A stretch of DNA of 62,531 bases, counting the filler, from Aduncisulcus paluster (lineage: Eukaryota), in assembly GCA_024181965.1 (NCBI GenBank). It is 7 parts of 7 records of this genome, joined end to end, with 100 filler letters (N's around TTAATTAATTAA, not from the genome) between each part and the next. Parts side by side here need not be neighbours in the genome. Positions count along the whole stretch, not along the records: positions 32,381 to 42,894 come from BQXS01013842.1; positions 42,995 to 50,259 come from BQXS01013843.1; 5 more parts are not named here. One strand, 5' to 3'. The notes beneath the pieces are model-generated. The model searched no databases, was not told the origin of the DNA, and saw only the letters and a program-made list of their open reading frames with translations. Shown piece by piece: positions 36,339-48,138 of the stretch. Positions within the stretch are counted from its first letter, which is position 1. Each line of letters opens with the position of its first letter. The translations under genes were made by a program, and so were the position numbers.

Positions 36339-37386
36339 ACAAAAAATTATGTGGAGGGAATTTCTTCATCAAAACAACGATTTCACTGATTCATGTCAAT
36401 AAATAACCATCGTAATCATCCTAAAATAATGAATTGAATCGATTTTTTCATGATATTCACAGTACTTTCATACAGGTTTTTAGAATATCCTTAAATTAGT
36501 CAACCATAGGCCATCCGAATCGCAACCCAACAAGAACAACTCGATAAATACTTCCCATTTTGTTTCTTTCAAGTATTTTTCATATTCACAACGGGATTTC
36601 TTCTTCCAACTATCTGAGATAGCTCGAGGGTGTTCTCTTAAACCCCCGGGAAAATGGCGTTTTTACCCCAAGAAAAACCGTTTTTACCTCCCAAATTTCC
36701 AAGTGGAGATACTATCTTCAACTCCAAATCGTAAATATACGATAGAAGACTCCAACTTCACTCCACAAGTTAGACTCCACGGCAAACAAAGCTCAAATAA
36801 AGATAAAAATATCACCATCAATTCGATCATTGCAGGATTCCTGTGCTTCATCATTTCTTATCGCAATTTTATATGAACTTCATTTTTTTGTGCTTCTTGT
36901 TGGCAGGAGCCTGAACTTGGGATGTTTTTGAGAGGCTATTGACAATATTAATAAAATTTTCCAAGAGCCATTTCTTTTCCCCTCACAAAACCAAAGCAAT
37001 ACATTCGAATGGGAAAGAGAAACCTACACGCTTATATAATATGAATAATAGAGTTTCCATAGGTAGAAATATTATTTTAAAACATATTTATTAATAATTC
37101 TTATCCCATTATCAAGATGGCATTGGCAATGCCGCATTGCCATGATATGATATCAGTGATAAATTATATGACATAAAAATTGCTCATAATTTCTATTATT
37201 ATCAATACATAGCAGTTTTCAGAAGTTTGTCTGGTTGGTATTTTATTTATGTACAATTTCAGAAGAAAGATTTCATTTTTGCGATTTTTGATAACTTTCC
37301 AAGCTTAAATTTGCTCTTTCTACATTATTTCTTAGAAAAAGTGCTTTGTAAGAGAATGACATATGATACATTTTTGTCTAGAATTT

Positions 37387-37890
37387 CTAGAACCAAGGTG
37401 AAATTGACAACTTCTCGATGGTTGCAAGTTCATGTTCTTCTTGGGCTTTGATTCGATCGATTTCACTTTGTCGTTCCTTGTCAATAAGGAATCTGATCCC
37501 ATGCAAATTAATCCAGTTATTTTTGCCATCTAATGAAGAGATGACATGGAAATCACAAGAAACAACATTGGGAATGTCAATTGGGAATTCTTGCCAGAAA
37601 TACTCATACGGAGATGTCTCTGCCATTTGATATTCTTTTGTTATCTTCTTTCCATCTGAAGTGGTGAATGTGGCATCGAAATCTTTGATTCCATTCAGCC
37701 AAATGTGATGACTAACAACAAACTTGCTGAGACAAAGTGGTGAGATGAATGGAAGATGTAAGTTGGGAAAGAAGAAGATGTTTCTTTCACTTTTTAAGAA
37801 CTTCAAAAAGTCAGAATGCTTATCACCATGATAAAAATCTCCATGAGCTTTAGATCCATCAATTTCAGATAGATCAGAATGTCCAACAGG
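37387..37890 (-). CDS. Expanded-family protein, subfamily B, 5'-partial at a gap
   Basis: DLSEIDGSKA..PNLHLPF..GIKDF.ATFTTSDGKKITKEYQ..WQEFPID..SCD.HVISS; ends EKLSISPWF. Confidence 0.85.
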   Translation of the reverse strand, partial: PVGHSDLSEIDGSKAHGDFYHGDKHSDFLKFLKSERNIFFFPNLHLPFISPLCLSKFVVSHHIWLNGIKDFDATFTTSDGKKITKEYQMAETSPYEYFWQEFPIDIPNVVSCDFHVISSLDGKNNWINLHGIRFLIDKERQSEIDRIKAQEEHELATIEKLSISPWF

Positions 37891-37911
37891 NNNNNNNNNN
37901 NNNNNNNNNNC

Positions 37912-38136
37912 ATAAAGTATGAATTTACAAGACCTAAACATGAATATGAATGGCACTTCCTTCCTATTGATTTGCCCAGCGTTTCATTGTGCAAGATTGA
38001 AGGGAAAGGAATGTGGAGAGAGAAGAGCAGTCGAGAGTTCTGGATCAACTCCCTTGTGTTTACTATGCCAGAGGGATTTTTCCCTGATAACTTCATTCCC
38101 ATTGGCAAAAGGAGGCATTACATGTTCAACATGTGA
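37912..38136 (+). CDS. C-terminal part of a subfamily A protein, 5'-partial at a gap
   Basis: KYEFTRPKHEYEWHFLPIDLPSVSLCKIEGKGMW..SLVFT. Confidence 0.8.
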   Translation: MKYEFTRPKHEYEWHFLPIDLPSVSLCKIEGKGMWREKSSREFWINSLVFTMPEGFFPDNFIPIGKRRHYMFNM

Positions 38137-38384
38137 AAAGCTATAAACAATTCTTTTTGTGGGAATGTTCCTATTGAAACCATCGCTTTAGTAGTGTAAG
38201 AATTTTGGATTCATCAAGTTTGCTATTAAGCAATCAGATAAAAATAAAAAAATAATAAATGAATAAGGGTATCATAGGATATTAATTTTAACGTTTTTAG
38301 AATATTGAAAAAGTCGCAGTGCGACATAGTCGCAAAAAAAATTCATCCTAACAAAAACAATCATGTTTCTTGCAAATATCAAAT

Positions 38385-41300
38385 ATGATTGAGATTGGAA
38401 GATGCTATTTTTTCCTTATATTATGCATTTCAATAATTTCATTCACATTTTGCCTTGATACACTTGAAATTCTTGATCATAACTCTGTTCGACGGACAAA
38501 CGCCTTTTCCGACGATACTTTCATTGAAATTGGTAGTGATAGTAATTATGTTGTTCAAGCAGGGTCATCTGGAATATTATACTTTTATTTGAGTGTTGGT
38601 TCTAACCTGTTTATTGAAAGTTCTGAATATCGTGAAGTTTTAGCGTTAACTGAGGAAGATATAGAGATAGATCCTTTCATTGTCAACAGAACCATGGTTT
38701 TTGATTATAAAGTTGATGGAGATACCTCATATACTCGTGCTATCATTTATCCACCAACTTTTGATTCTTATGTAAATACATATTTGAGTCCTGAAGAACT
38801 TGCTGCATCTACAGTTGATTCTGCCTTCTCTTATCCCGTTTCAGGTGCTTCAGTTGGTGAAGATATCGGTGAATGTAACCCTTTCCCCATGTTCTCAGGA
38901 TCAACCCATCTTGTCCTTCCTGTGCATTTTTTTGACTTTGAATCTGTCGAATCAACATCGGATGTGCCAAATGAAATCATTGTTAATGTAGGATTCGGTA
39001 TAGACAGCTCTACTATGTATGGATGGTTCCCAATCTACCTAGTGGGTCCTGATGACACCGTTATTTACACAGATATTGGATTCACGGGTTATTTTGATGT
39101 TGAGCTCGATGAGCAATATAATTACTCTCAGGTCACGGTTAATATATGTACCACAGTCGTTGGAAGTCTTGGAGGGCTGGAATGTGACATCAATCTCCTT
39201 TTACTTTCTGTTGATGTGGTTGGAAATATTAGAATAGAATCAAGTGAGGAAGCGAGAGCTGCTGGCTGGACTGGTACTTTCCCAGCTGTGTTCGATGATG
39301 TACAACTATTCGACTATGGAATGGTAAAGGCTTCACCTGGTTACAATGATAAAATCCCTGGTCAAGTGCAGCTTAATTTCCAGTGTGGAACTCGTTGTTC
39401 CCAAATGCTCACCTCTACCCCTTCCACTGCTGGTGATGGATCTGGATCGAACGATATGGTGCTGATCGACAGTCTGACGTTTTCATCGACAACGGAAATC
39501 GAGTCCTACCGTGACATCCGTGCTGTAGATGTGAGTATGAGTGGATCTGGTATCTATGGAGTTGGCTTGAGATCTGAGCACCGATTCTTCATATTCGGAG
39601 GAAATTCATCCGTTATATACATTCTTTCAAAGGCCTATAAAACGTTGGCTAGCAGTTTGGGTGCCAGTGTCGAGAGTTCCACGAGTCGTGAACTTCTCGA
39701 AGCAAACACTGCTTTTAGAATCAAAGTTAGAGAGGATGACCCAGAGTATGACGATGATTATGGTGCCTTTGTTTACTATACCATGCCAAATGCGGCCTCT
39801 GTAAGTCTCGTGAAGACTGCTAATTTCTATTATGGTGCCAATATGTTCGGTGTAAGCCCCGTTTATCTTTCTTCTGCCTTTCTCTCATACATGTTTTCCA
39901 CAGTCAATCTTTCGCAATACTCTCTGCCCATCCCGCTCCCTGTGTACGTGTATAATGCTACAACGGATCTTTATGCCCGTTCCTCAGCTACATATCTTCA
40001 ATTCGAAACCTCTCAGACCGATACGAACACTGTCTTGGTTTCTGTTGGTCTATATCTCTCTTCCTCCTCATCCACCGCCTTGAAGACTCTTGACTTCACG
40101 ATTGCCTCTGATAGTGCTCTACCTGTGGAGAATATTAGAACNNNNNNNNNNNNNNNNNNNNTGTTTACTATACCATGCCAAATGCGGCCTCTGTAAGTCT
40201 CGTGAAGACTGCTAATTTCTATTATGGTGCCAATATGTTCTGTGTAAGCCCCGTTTATCTTTCTTCTGCCTTTCTCTCATACATGTTTTCCACAGTCAAT
40301 CTTTCGCAATACTCTCTGCCCATCCCGCTCCCTGTGTACGTGTATAATGCTACAACGGATCTTTATGCCCGTTCCTCAGCTACATATCTTCAATTCGAAA
40401 CCTCTCAGACCGATACGAACACTGTCTTGGTTTCTGTTGGTCTATATCTCTCTTCCTCCTCATCCACCGCCTTGAAGACTCTTGACTTCACGATTGCCTC
40501 TGATAGTGCTCTACCTGTGGAGAATATTAGAACTTATTTCATGCCCGATTGGTGGATTACAAGCACTCAGGAATCCCATGTGCTTGTCATTGGTGTGGCT
40601 CCCAATTCTACCTCTTCATATCTCTCAAGCATTGCAATCAGTGTGAGTTTTGATTACCTCGGTGTCATCAGGACTTATTCCGGTTACAGTGCTTATTCTG
40701 TCACTTGTCCCGACTTTGAGGAGGGAACTCTGAATCTTACTGAATATTATGAAGTTCAACGTATCCTCTTATTTTCAGCCATATCCCTCACGAATACTTC
40801 AAACTTCTCATATGCATACATGAACACTAACTGTGGGTCTTCCTGTAATCTCGAGCAAGATTGTGTCCTTGAAAGCGATGGTGGTGTCTCTTGCAGGTGT
40901 AAGTCTGAGTATGAACGTCTGGTTCTTCCAACGCTTCACAGTCGGACCTTCTATTCACTTGAGAAAGCCGAGGAGTACGTTGATATTGCTCCGAGTGATG
41001 TCACTTCCACCCAGAAAGAGATGATCGAAGAAGCCTCGATCCAAACCCTCAACGCTGGTATTTGTTCTGTGTATGCCCAACCCAACAGTAATGTCACCTT
41101 AAAGGGTGTTAAGATTGCCGATAGTGTTATGCTCAGCAGCGGGGCTACTTTGCTGCTGGAGGGAAGTAGTTTCAGTGTTAATAATGTGGATATAGACACT
41201 CCTGCCGATAACAAGCCTGTTGTTCTCGATGGCGAGGATGCAATGGGCACTGTGCGTTATACCGATGGAGATGGAGAGTCACAAGTTGTTTGTGTCATTC

Positions 41301-42894
41301 CTCATGCTTCTGTAATAACCTACCCTTCCTCCACAGCTCCTACACTCTATTCCCACAGCAGTGATGAGTATGCTCCTGCCTCATTCCCTTCCTTTGAGGT
41401 TCCATCCAACTATAAACTCATTCGCTCAATTTCTGTTGGAACTTGTGAGGAAAACACTTCAGAATCCGTGTGTTCCCTTTCATTGCCTTTCTCTTTCCCG
41501 ATATTGACATCTTCTGTGAGTGAGCTTCAGCTTCAAGTAGGTAAGATTGTATTCTTTGACAGTGATGGAGACAGCATTGGATCGCTGATCCCTGTTAATG
41601 CTGACACTGATGCGTCCATGAAGGCTTACGTTGTTCAGGAGGACAAGACTGCTGATGATTATAACTGTATCAACGATAAGATTGTTATCTATTTAACCGT
41701 TGACACTCTTGCATTCACTGTGGACATTCTGATAACTATATCGAGGAGTGGTGTTATTGAGTTGTTGTATAAAATGGATGAGACTGTCGATATTGACGGT
41801 CGGATTAGGACAACACTTACCATCGATGGAACAACATTCACTCCTGTTCTCCCAGATACGTCAACCATTGATTCTACGTATGTGACCTATTTTTCGATTC
41901 CATTTGTTCCTTCTTCCTTCATGGCGAATCTCTCTGTCTATTCTTACACTTGTTATGATGACTCTGATAACGAATTGATGTGCTCTTTCGGTGTGTGTCA
42001 GCAAGTGGGTCAAGATAGCAACAATATACTCTGCAGATGTGGGGCAAGGTTTGAAGGAGATTCTTGTATCGAGTGTGGAGGTGGCTGGGAAGACGATGAA
42101 GAGACCACCACAACCTCTTCCTCTTCCAACATTATCACATCCAATTTCTCAACTGGTGACTATGATTCAATGAGATGTAGCATCCCTACTTGTGAATACT
42201 ACGGCGAATGCAATGGGAATGGAACATGTACTGGAGTTGCCACAAGTGGGGAACAGTCATGTGAATGTGATGCTGGATATATCGGCGATGAATGTGCTCA
42301 AGCCACACCCGAAGTATGTGATGACATTGCCTGTGAAAACGGTGGACAATGTGTTGATGGCAGCTGCGTGTGTGCCTTTGGATACAGTGGTTCAACTTGC
42401 AGTGAGATGGAGTGTGTTGTAGATGATTCTGTGACGAACTGTAACAGCGTTTACTCTGACTCTACGTGTGATACAAGCACAGGAAGTTGTGAGTGTGCTG
42501 ATAACTGGAGCGGAGATGAATGTTCGACATACACGGCTACTGGTGATTGCATCAATGGAGTTCTCAATGGAACTGACTGTGTGTGCAGTGGAGATTATAC
42601 TGGAATGTACTGCCAATGTAATAACAGCTGTAACAACAATGGTCTCTGCAGGGAATGGGGATGTGAATGTTTCTCCGGGTACTATGGAGATGACTGTTCA
42701 GAAGCCCTTTCTCCTAATTTCAGGACTCATGACTATGATTCTGACCTTATAGACTATTACGAGGATGAGTATGATGTGACTGTAAACCTGCAGCGTGCTG
42801 TTTTCACTCTCCACCTCCACTCTGAGTCTATATTGGCATCTTCTCGTGACATTGGACAATTTGACTGTCACCAATATATATACATCCATGATGG
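38385..42894 (+). CDS. Large secreted/surface protein with signal peptide and C-terminal tenascin-type EGF-like repeats; 3'-partial, ~370 bp duplicated at a gap
   Basis: Hydrophobic N-terminus (YFFLILCISIISFTFC); CNGNGTC..CECDAGYIGDEC, CENGGQCVDGSCVCAFGYSGSTC, CNNNGLC..CECFSGYYGDDC. Confidence 0.88.
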
Positions 42895-42994
42895 NNNNNN
42901 NNNNNNNNNNNNNNNNNNNNNNNNNNNNNNNNNNNNNNTTAATTAATTAANNNNNNNNNNNNNNNNNNNNNNNNNNNNNNNNNNNNNNNNNNNN
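42895..42994. other. Artificial scaffold linker
   Basis: N44-TTAATTAATTAA-N44. Confidence 0.98.
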
Positions 42995-43099
42995 GTCAAT
43001 TTCAGATAGATCTGGATGACCCACAGGGTAGGGGCCTTTGTACAGTTTGGTAGACTCACCAAATCCTAAATCTTCAACACATTTGCCAATAATTCTCAT
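42995..43099 (-). CDS. Subfamily B gene, N-terminal fragment at the scaffold edge
   Basis: MRIIGKCVEDLGFGESTKLYKGPYPVGHPDLSEID, paralogous to 43491-44051. Confidence 0.85.
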
Positions 43100-43490
43100 C
43101 ACAAACAATAACACAACTATGGATTATCCAATATCAAATTAAATAAAATAATAAACACCAATAACCTTCCAATTGCAAGGAAAAACACATTTTTACAATT
43201 GTCTTGGAACAGAACAATAATATCCAAAATCGATGTTTCTTATCATTATTAATATATAGACGTAATAATAAATCATTTATTTTGTAAACACATTTGTTCT
43301 CCAAATAAGGCGTACTCAGACATTATTGACATTATTGACAATACAGCGATATAAACATGAAAGTGACAATATACACGTGGTATCCATCATATCTCAAGAC
43401 ATGACAGGAAGTAATGGTTCATACAATATGATTGTTATCAGGAAAGAAGTTGTATTCAATCCTTGTGGAAACGATGATATGAATAATCGG

Positions 43491-44051
43491 CTACAACCAG
43501 GGAAGCATTGATAATCGTTCAATTGTTGCAAGTTCACGCTCTTTGACGGCTTTCATTTTCTCTTGCTTCTTGTCAATCACGAATCGAACGCCATTCAAAA
43601 ATATATGGGATTGTCCCCCATCCCATGACGATATAACATGAATATCACAAGAAATAACATTATCAAGATCTATCGGGAACTCTTGCCAGAAATAATGCTC
43701 TGGAGGCATCTCTCCTATTTGATATTCTTTTGTAATCTTCTTGCCATCTGATGTTGTGAATGTAGCATTGAAATCTTTGATTCCATATGGCCAACTATGC
43801 TGACTTACAACAAACTTACTGAGATAATGAGATGTAAGAAATGGGAGATGTAAATTGGGATTGAAATGGATGGCTCTTTCACCTCTTAAGAATTGCAATA
43901 AACTAGAATGATTATGATCATGATGATAATCCCCATATGCTTTAGATCCATCAATTTCAGATAGATCTGGATGACTGACAGGGTAGGGGCCTTTAAACAC
44001 CTTGTCCCAATCAGATCCTAAATCTTCGATATTTTTGCCAATAATTCTCAT
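43491..44051 (-). CDS. Subfamily B protein (186 aa), middle member of a tandem array
   Basis: Intact ORF from ATG 44051; ends ELATIERLSMLPWL. Confidence 0.88.
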   Translation of the reverse strand: MRIIGKNIEDLGSDWDKVFKGPYPVSHPDLSEIDGSKAYGDYHHDHNHSSLLQFLRGERAIHFNPNLHLPFLTSHYLSKFVVSQHSWPYGIKDFNATFTTSDGKKITKEYQIGEMPPEHYFWQEFPIDLDNVISCDIHVISSWDGGQSHIFLNGVRFVIDKKQEKMKAVKERELATIERLSMLPWL

Positions 44052-44728
44052 CTCAAACAATAGCACAACTATGGATTATCCAATATCAAATTAAGTAGAA
44101 TAATAAACACAAATAACCTTCCAATTGCAAGGAAAAGCACATTTTTACAATTGTCTTGGAACAGAACAATAATATCCAAAATCGATGTTTCTTATTATTA
44201 TTAATATACATACATGATAATAAATTATTTATTTTGTAAACACATTTGTTCTCCAAATAAGGCGTACTCAGACATTATTGACATTATTGACAATACAGCG
44301 ATATAAACATGAAAGTGACAATATACACATGGTATCCATCATATCTCAAGACATGACAGGAAGTGATGGTTCATACAATATGATTGTTATCAGGAAAGAA
44401 GTTGTATTCAATCCTTGTGGAAACGATGATATGAATGATCAGCTATAACCACGGCAACATCGACAATCGTTCAATTGTTGCAAGTTCATGCTCTTTGGCG
44501 GCNNNNNNNNNNNNNNNNNNNNGAAACACATTTGTTCTCCAAATAAGGCGTACTCAGACATTATTGACATTATTGACAATACAGCGATATAAACATGAAA
44601 GTGACAATATACACATGGTATCCATCATATCTCAAGACATGACAGGAAGTGATGGTTCATACAATATGATTGTTATCAGGAAAGAAGTTGTATTCAATCC
44701 TTGTGGAAACGATGATATGAATGATCAG

Positions 44729-45286
44729 CTATAACCACGGCAACATCGACAATCGTTCAATTGTTGCAAGTTCATGCTCTTTGGCGGCTTTCATTTTCTC
44801 TTGCTTCTTGTCAATCACGAATCGAATGCCATACAAGTTTACATCTCTCTGGTTCCCATTCCACGATGATATGACATGAATATCACAAGAAGTAACATTA
44901 TCAATATCTATGGGGAACTCTTGCCAAGAATAAAGTGCTGTGTGCGGATTCATTTGATATTCCTTTGTTACCTTTTCTCCATCAGATGTTATGAATGTAG
45001 CATTGAAATCTTTGATTCCAGTTGGCCGATTATGATGACTAATAACAAACTTGCGAAGATAATGTGGTGTAATAAATGGGAGATATATGTTGGGATAGAA
45101 ATGAAGGGTACTTTCACCTCTTAAGAAGGCGGACAAATAACGAATATCATCACCAAGTTGAAAGTCAGCATGTGCTCTAGAACCATCTATCGCCGATAGA
45201 TCGATATGTTCAACGGGATAATGGCCAATATAGATGCCCCAAAATGAGTGATCGCCATCAATAGTAACTTTCCCAACGATTTTCAT
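44729..45286 (-). CDS. Subfamily B protein (185 aa), first member of the tandem array
   Basis: Intact ORF; ends ELATIERLSMLPWL. Confidence 0.88.
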   Translation of the reverse strand: MKIVGKVTIDGDHSFWGIYIGHYPVEHIDLSAIDGSRAHADFQLGDDIRYLSAFLRGESTLHFYPNIYLPFITPHYLRKFVISHHNRPTGIKDFNATFITSDGEKVTKEYQMNPHTALYSWQEFPIDIDNVTSCDIHVISSWNGNQRDVNLYGIRFVIDKKQEKMKAAKEHELATIERLSMLPWL

Positions 45287-45751
45287 AATAACCCAATCAA
45301 TAAACGAATGGCCAATGGAGGATATAGAATATTTTTAAAAAATTAGGATGTAAACGCAAAATTATATCCCATATCCAAGGGAAAATGACAGTTGTTGAAT
45401 TGGAGTCCAATTACGTTTGAAATATGAAATTCCATTGATGTAGAAGACATTGTGTTGCTCTGTGTTTCCAAAAAAGTATATTTATTTTATCCAATCATGT
45501 TTATTCCCGGAATGGATGAAAAATAGATTGGTAACAAATTTTCCCCCAATTTTGCTGCAGGTAGACATCCATCACACATTATACCATACTATTCAATGCC
45601 TTCAAACTCAAGAAGAGGAACTACTGATCTTAAACCTGTCTTATGAAACCCTTTTGAGTGAAATCATGACATGATTATCATGAACAGTCCTGATAAGATG
45701 TAACAGCAGGGAAAATAAGAAGAAAATAATAAGAACGATAAGAATTAGAAC

Positions 45752-45783
<32 letters not shown>

Positions 45784-46676
45784 ATAGACAGTCTATGATA
45801 GACTGATACGATTAATGAACAAGTCATAAAAAACAAGTGAGTGCCGTTGACTCCCAAAAAGAAATAGAAATAATAATAATCTAAGTGATTGTATTTTGCC
45901 ATTACTTCTGAGAGAATGTGAAAGGGTATAAAAACAGCGAGACACCGCTGGTGAGTATTTTTGAACGATTTAAATTAAAAGTTTGACTTTTGTGGCCTTG
46001 AAGACCTTTCTTAAGGAGGTCTATTCTTCTAGTTCGTCGAGATTTGATCTTTGAATTTAATTATTTAATTATTTATGCATATCAAACACTGGATATTGCA
46101 AGAAAATATCCGTGCATACGATTTTTTTCTTAGATCAACAATATGAACATAATTCAACGAGATGACGATATTCATAAATTTCAAGTTACAATTGAAATTA
46201 ACTTATCATCATATTTTGCAACTTTAGAATCCAATATGTAAACAAAACTCAGAGTTAGGAAACGATTTTGAGTCAGGAGTGGAATAACAAGGATGGCATG
46301 TAATATATGATAGAAAGAAAATGTATATATAATTTTATTTATGTATTATACGATATCACTTTCTGTGATTGTCAATCGGGGGTTGTGGGTTTGGTCGTTA
46401 TCTTTTTCTGCGTAAATAACAAATTATCTATTTACAGTATGTCATATCTGTTGTTAAATGTATATTAAGAAATATTTTAATTGGTTACTTATCATTCTAC
46501 TCACTATATTGTGCTGTTTGGCTCATCTCGTCCATCTTCTGCATTTTCTCGTCTATATATATAAGTTATTCTCAATTCAATGAGTTAATTCACAGATGTT
46601 CTTCAAATCGTGAAAGCAGAGTATATTTATGAGGGTTTTGGAGATTGTTGCCCCATTCCTGAGAGATGTCTCCAAT

Positions 46677-48138
46677 GGCACCAAACAATTCTGCCGGTAC
46701 CGGCACTGCCGGTACCTACTTATAACCTTAGCTACGCCGAATATATATATATATAAAGATAAAACTGTTATAATTCCAATAAAAATATTGGAAATAAGAC
46801 AAAAAACATTAAAATACCCTTCGCGCTCGCGAGAAAATTTTGCCGTTATCAGAAATAACGGCAGATAGGATTTGAAGTAACGGCAAAATGTTATATTGTC
46901 AAATATGTGATAAATATCAAATAAAAACCATAAATTGTTTATATCTTTTGTATATTTTTGAACAAAACTTCGTTAAAAACATAAATAACAGCCCTTCAAG
47001 CCTACAATTGAGAGACAAATCCAAAAGATCCGAAATAATCCTTAAATTCAAATTTTATTATAGTAATTTTGTATAATTGTTATTTTTCACTTCACAATAA
47101 AATTATTCAACTATTGATTATCAAGCGATTGTTATGAACGAAAGTGCACTAGCAAAACGGCATAATATCACAGTAACAAACGTTCCAGGAGATGGGTATT
47201 GCTTATACCATGCATTTTTGGAGGCGACTCAACGCAAAATAACATTTCACGCGCTCAGAGACATGGTCCATCAAGAAATGATTTCCAATGCCGATTATTA
47301 TGAAACCTTGACGAAATTAAAAGAGTGTCTCTTGATAAATATATATCTGATAGGAAAAAAAAAAAACAACGGAAAAGACGTTGAAACAAGAACTTGAAGA
47401 AGGGGAAGAGTATGACAGAGGTGAAAAAATCATTCAAGGAGCTCTAGAAACACTAGCACGAAAAAGAGGTGGCCAGGTACATCGTGGAACTGGCATGGCG
47501 GCAAGGAAATTGGCAGCTATTGATCGAGAAAGCTGATCCGTCAATATGCTAACCTGATTGATTCTTGTAAAGCCACGAATTCCTACCCCGGCCAATGTAA
47601 ATGCCGAGGTTCTAATAACTGTTCGGGGAAAATGTCATGCCCTTGCTACATAGCTGGAATTCCATGTGTCACCGGGAAATGCTCATGTTTTACCAAGTGT
47701 AAACAAAAGACAACAAACGCGATACCTTTGCCAAATTGGGTTGAGTATTTAGAATCTATGAAAATAGAAAAGCCTGAAATTATGAAAAGAACTTCTCAAA
47801 AATCCCAACGTTCCCAAAAATGAAAATATTCAAATGTGTCTTCAGTAATTCACTGAGATAGATTGTATCACTTTAGGTAAGTAAATTGTAACATGAGGTT
47901 ATTGATTCATTGATAATTATCGAATACCCGTTTCTAATGCCGAAAAAAACGGGTGAATTGCTCCAATCGCTGATATCAAATGATTACAGTATATTAGACA
48001 GTTAAAATAAAGTATATTTTTACAAATTCTGGTAAATTATATATTATAAATGCTATTTATTCACTACTGCAAGCTGGAACATTTTGCCGTTATCAGAAAT
48101 AACGGTACGTGCCGTTACCGTTATTTCTGTTTCATCCC
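46677..48138. mobile_element. Non-autonomous DNA-transposon-like element (~1.46 kb) with TSD, imperfect TIRs and subterminal repeats
   Basis: TGTCTCCAAT duplicated at 46667-46676 and 48139-48148; termini match at 20/30 positions as an inverted repeat; 25-bp ATTTTGCCGTTATCAGAAATAACGG at 46837 and 48081. Confidence 0.9.
47134..47823 (+). pseudogene. Element cargo: N-terminal part of an OTU cysteine protease plus a 9-Cys CXC (tesmin/TSO1-like) domain, frameshifted
   Basis: VPGDGYCLYHAF...LRDMV..EM..N.DYY (OTU Cys box); CKCRGSNNCSGKMSCPCYIAGIPCVTGKCSCFTKC at 47596-47700. Confidence 0.8.

Noticed and set aside
36620..36780. Clustered ACTCCA and CGTTTTTACC short repeats
   Set aside because: Possible element remnant, but no matching second end or other copy in the window
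45753..45782. 30-nt poly(A) as a retroposon tail
   Set aside because: No TSD or retro-element ORF found nearby
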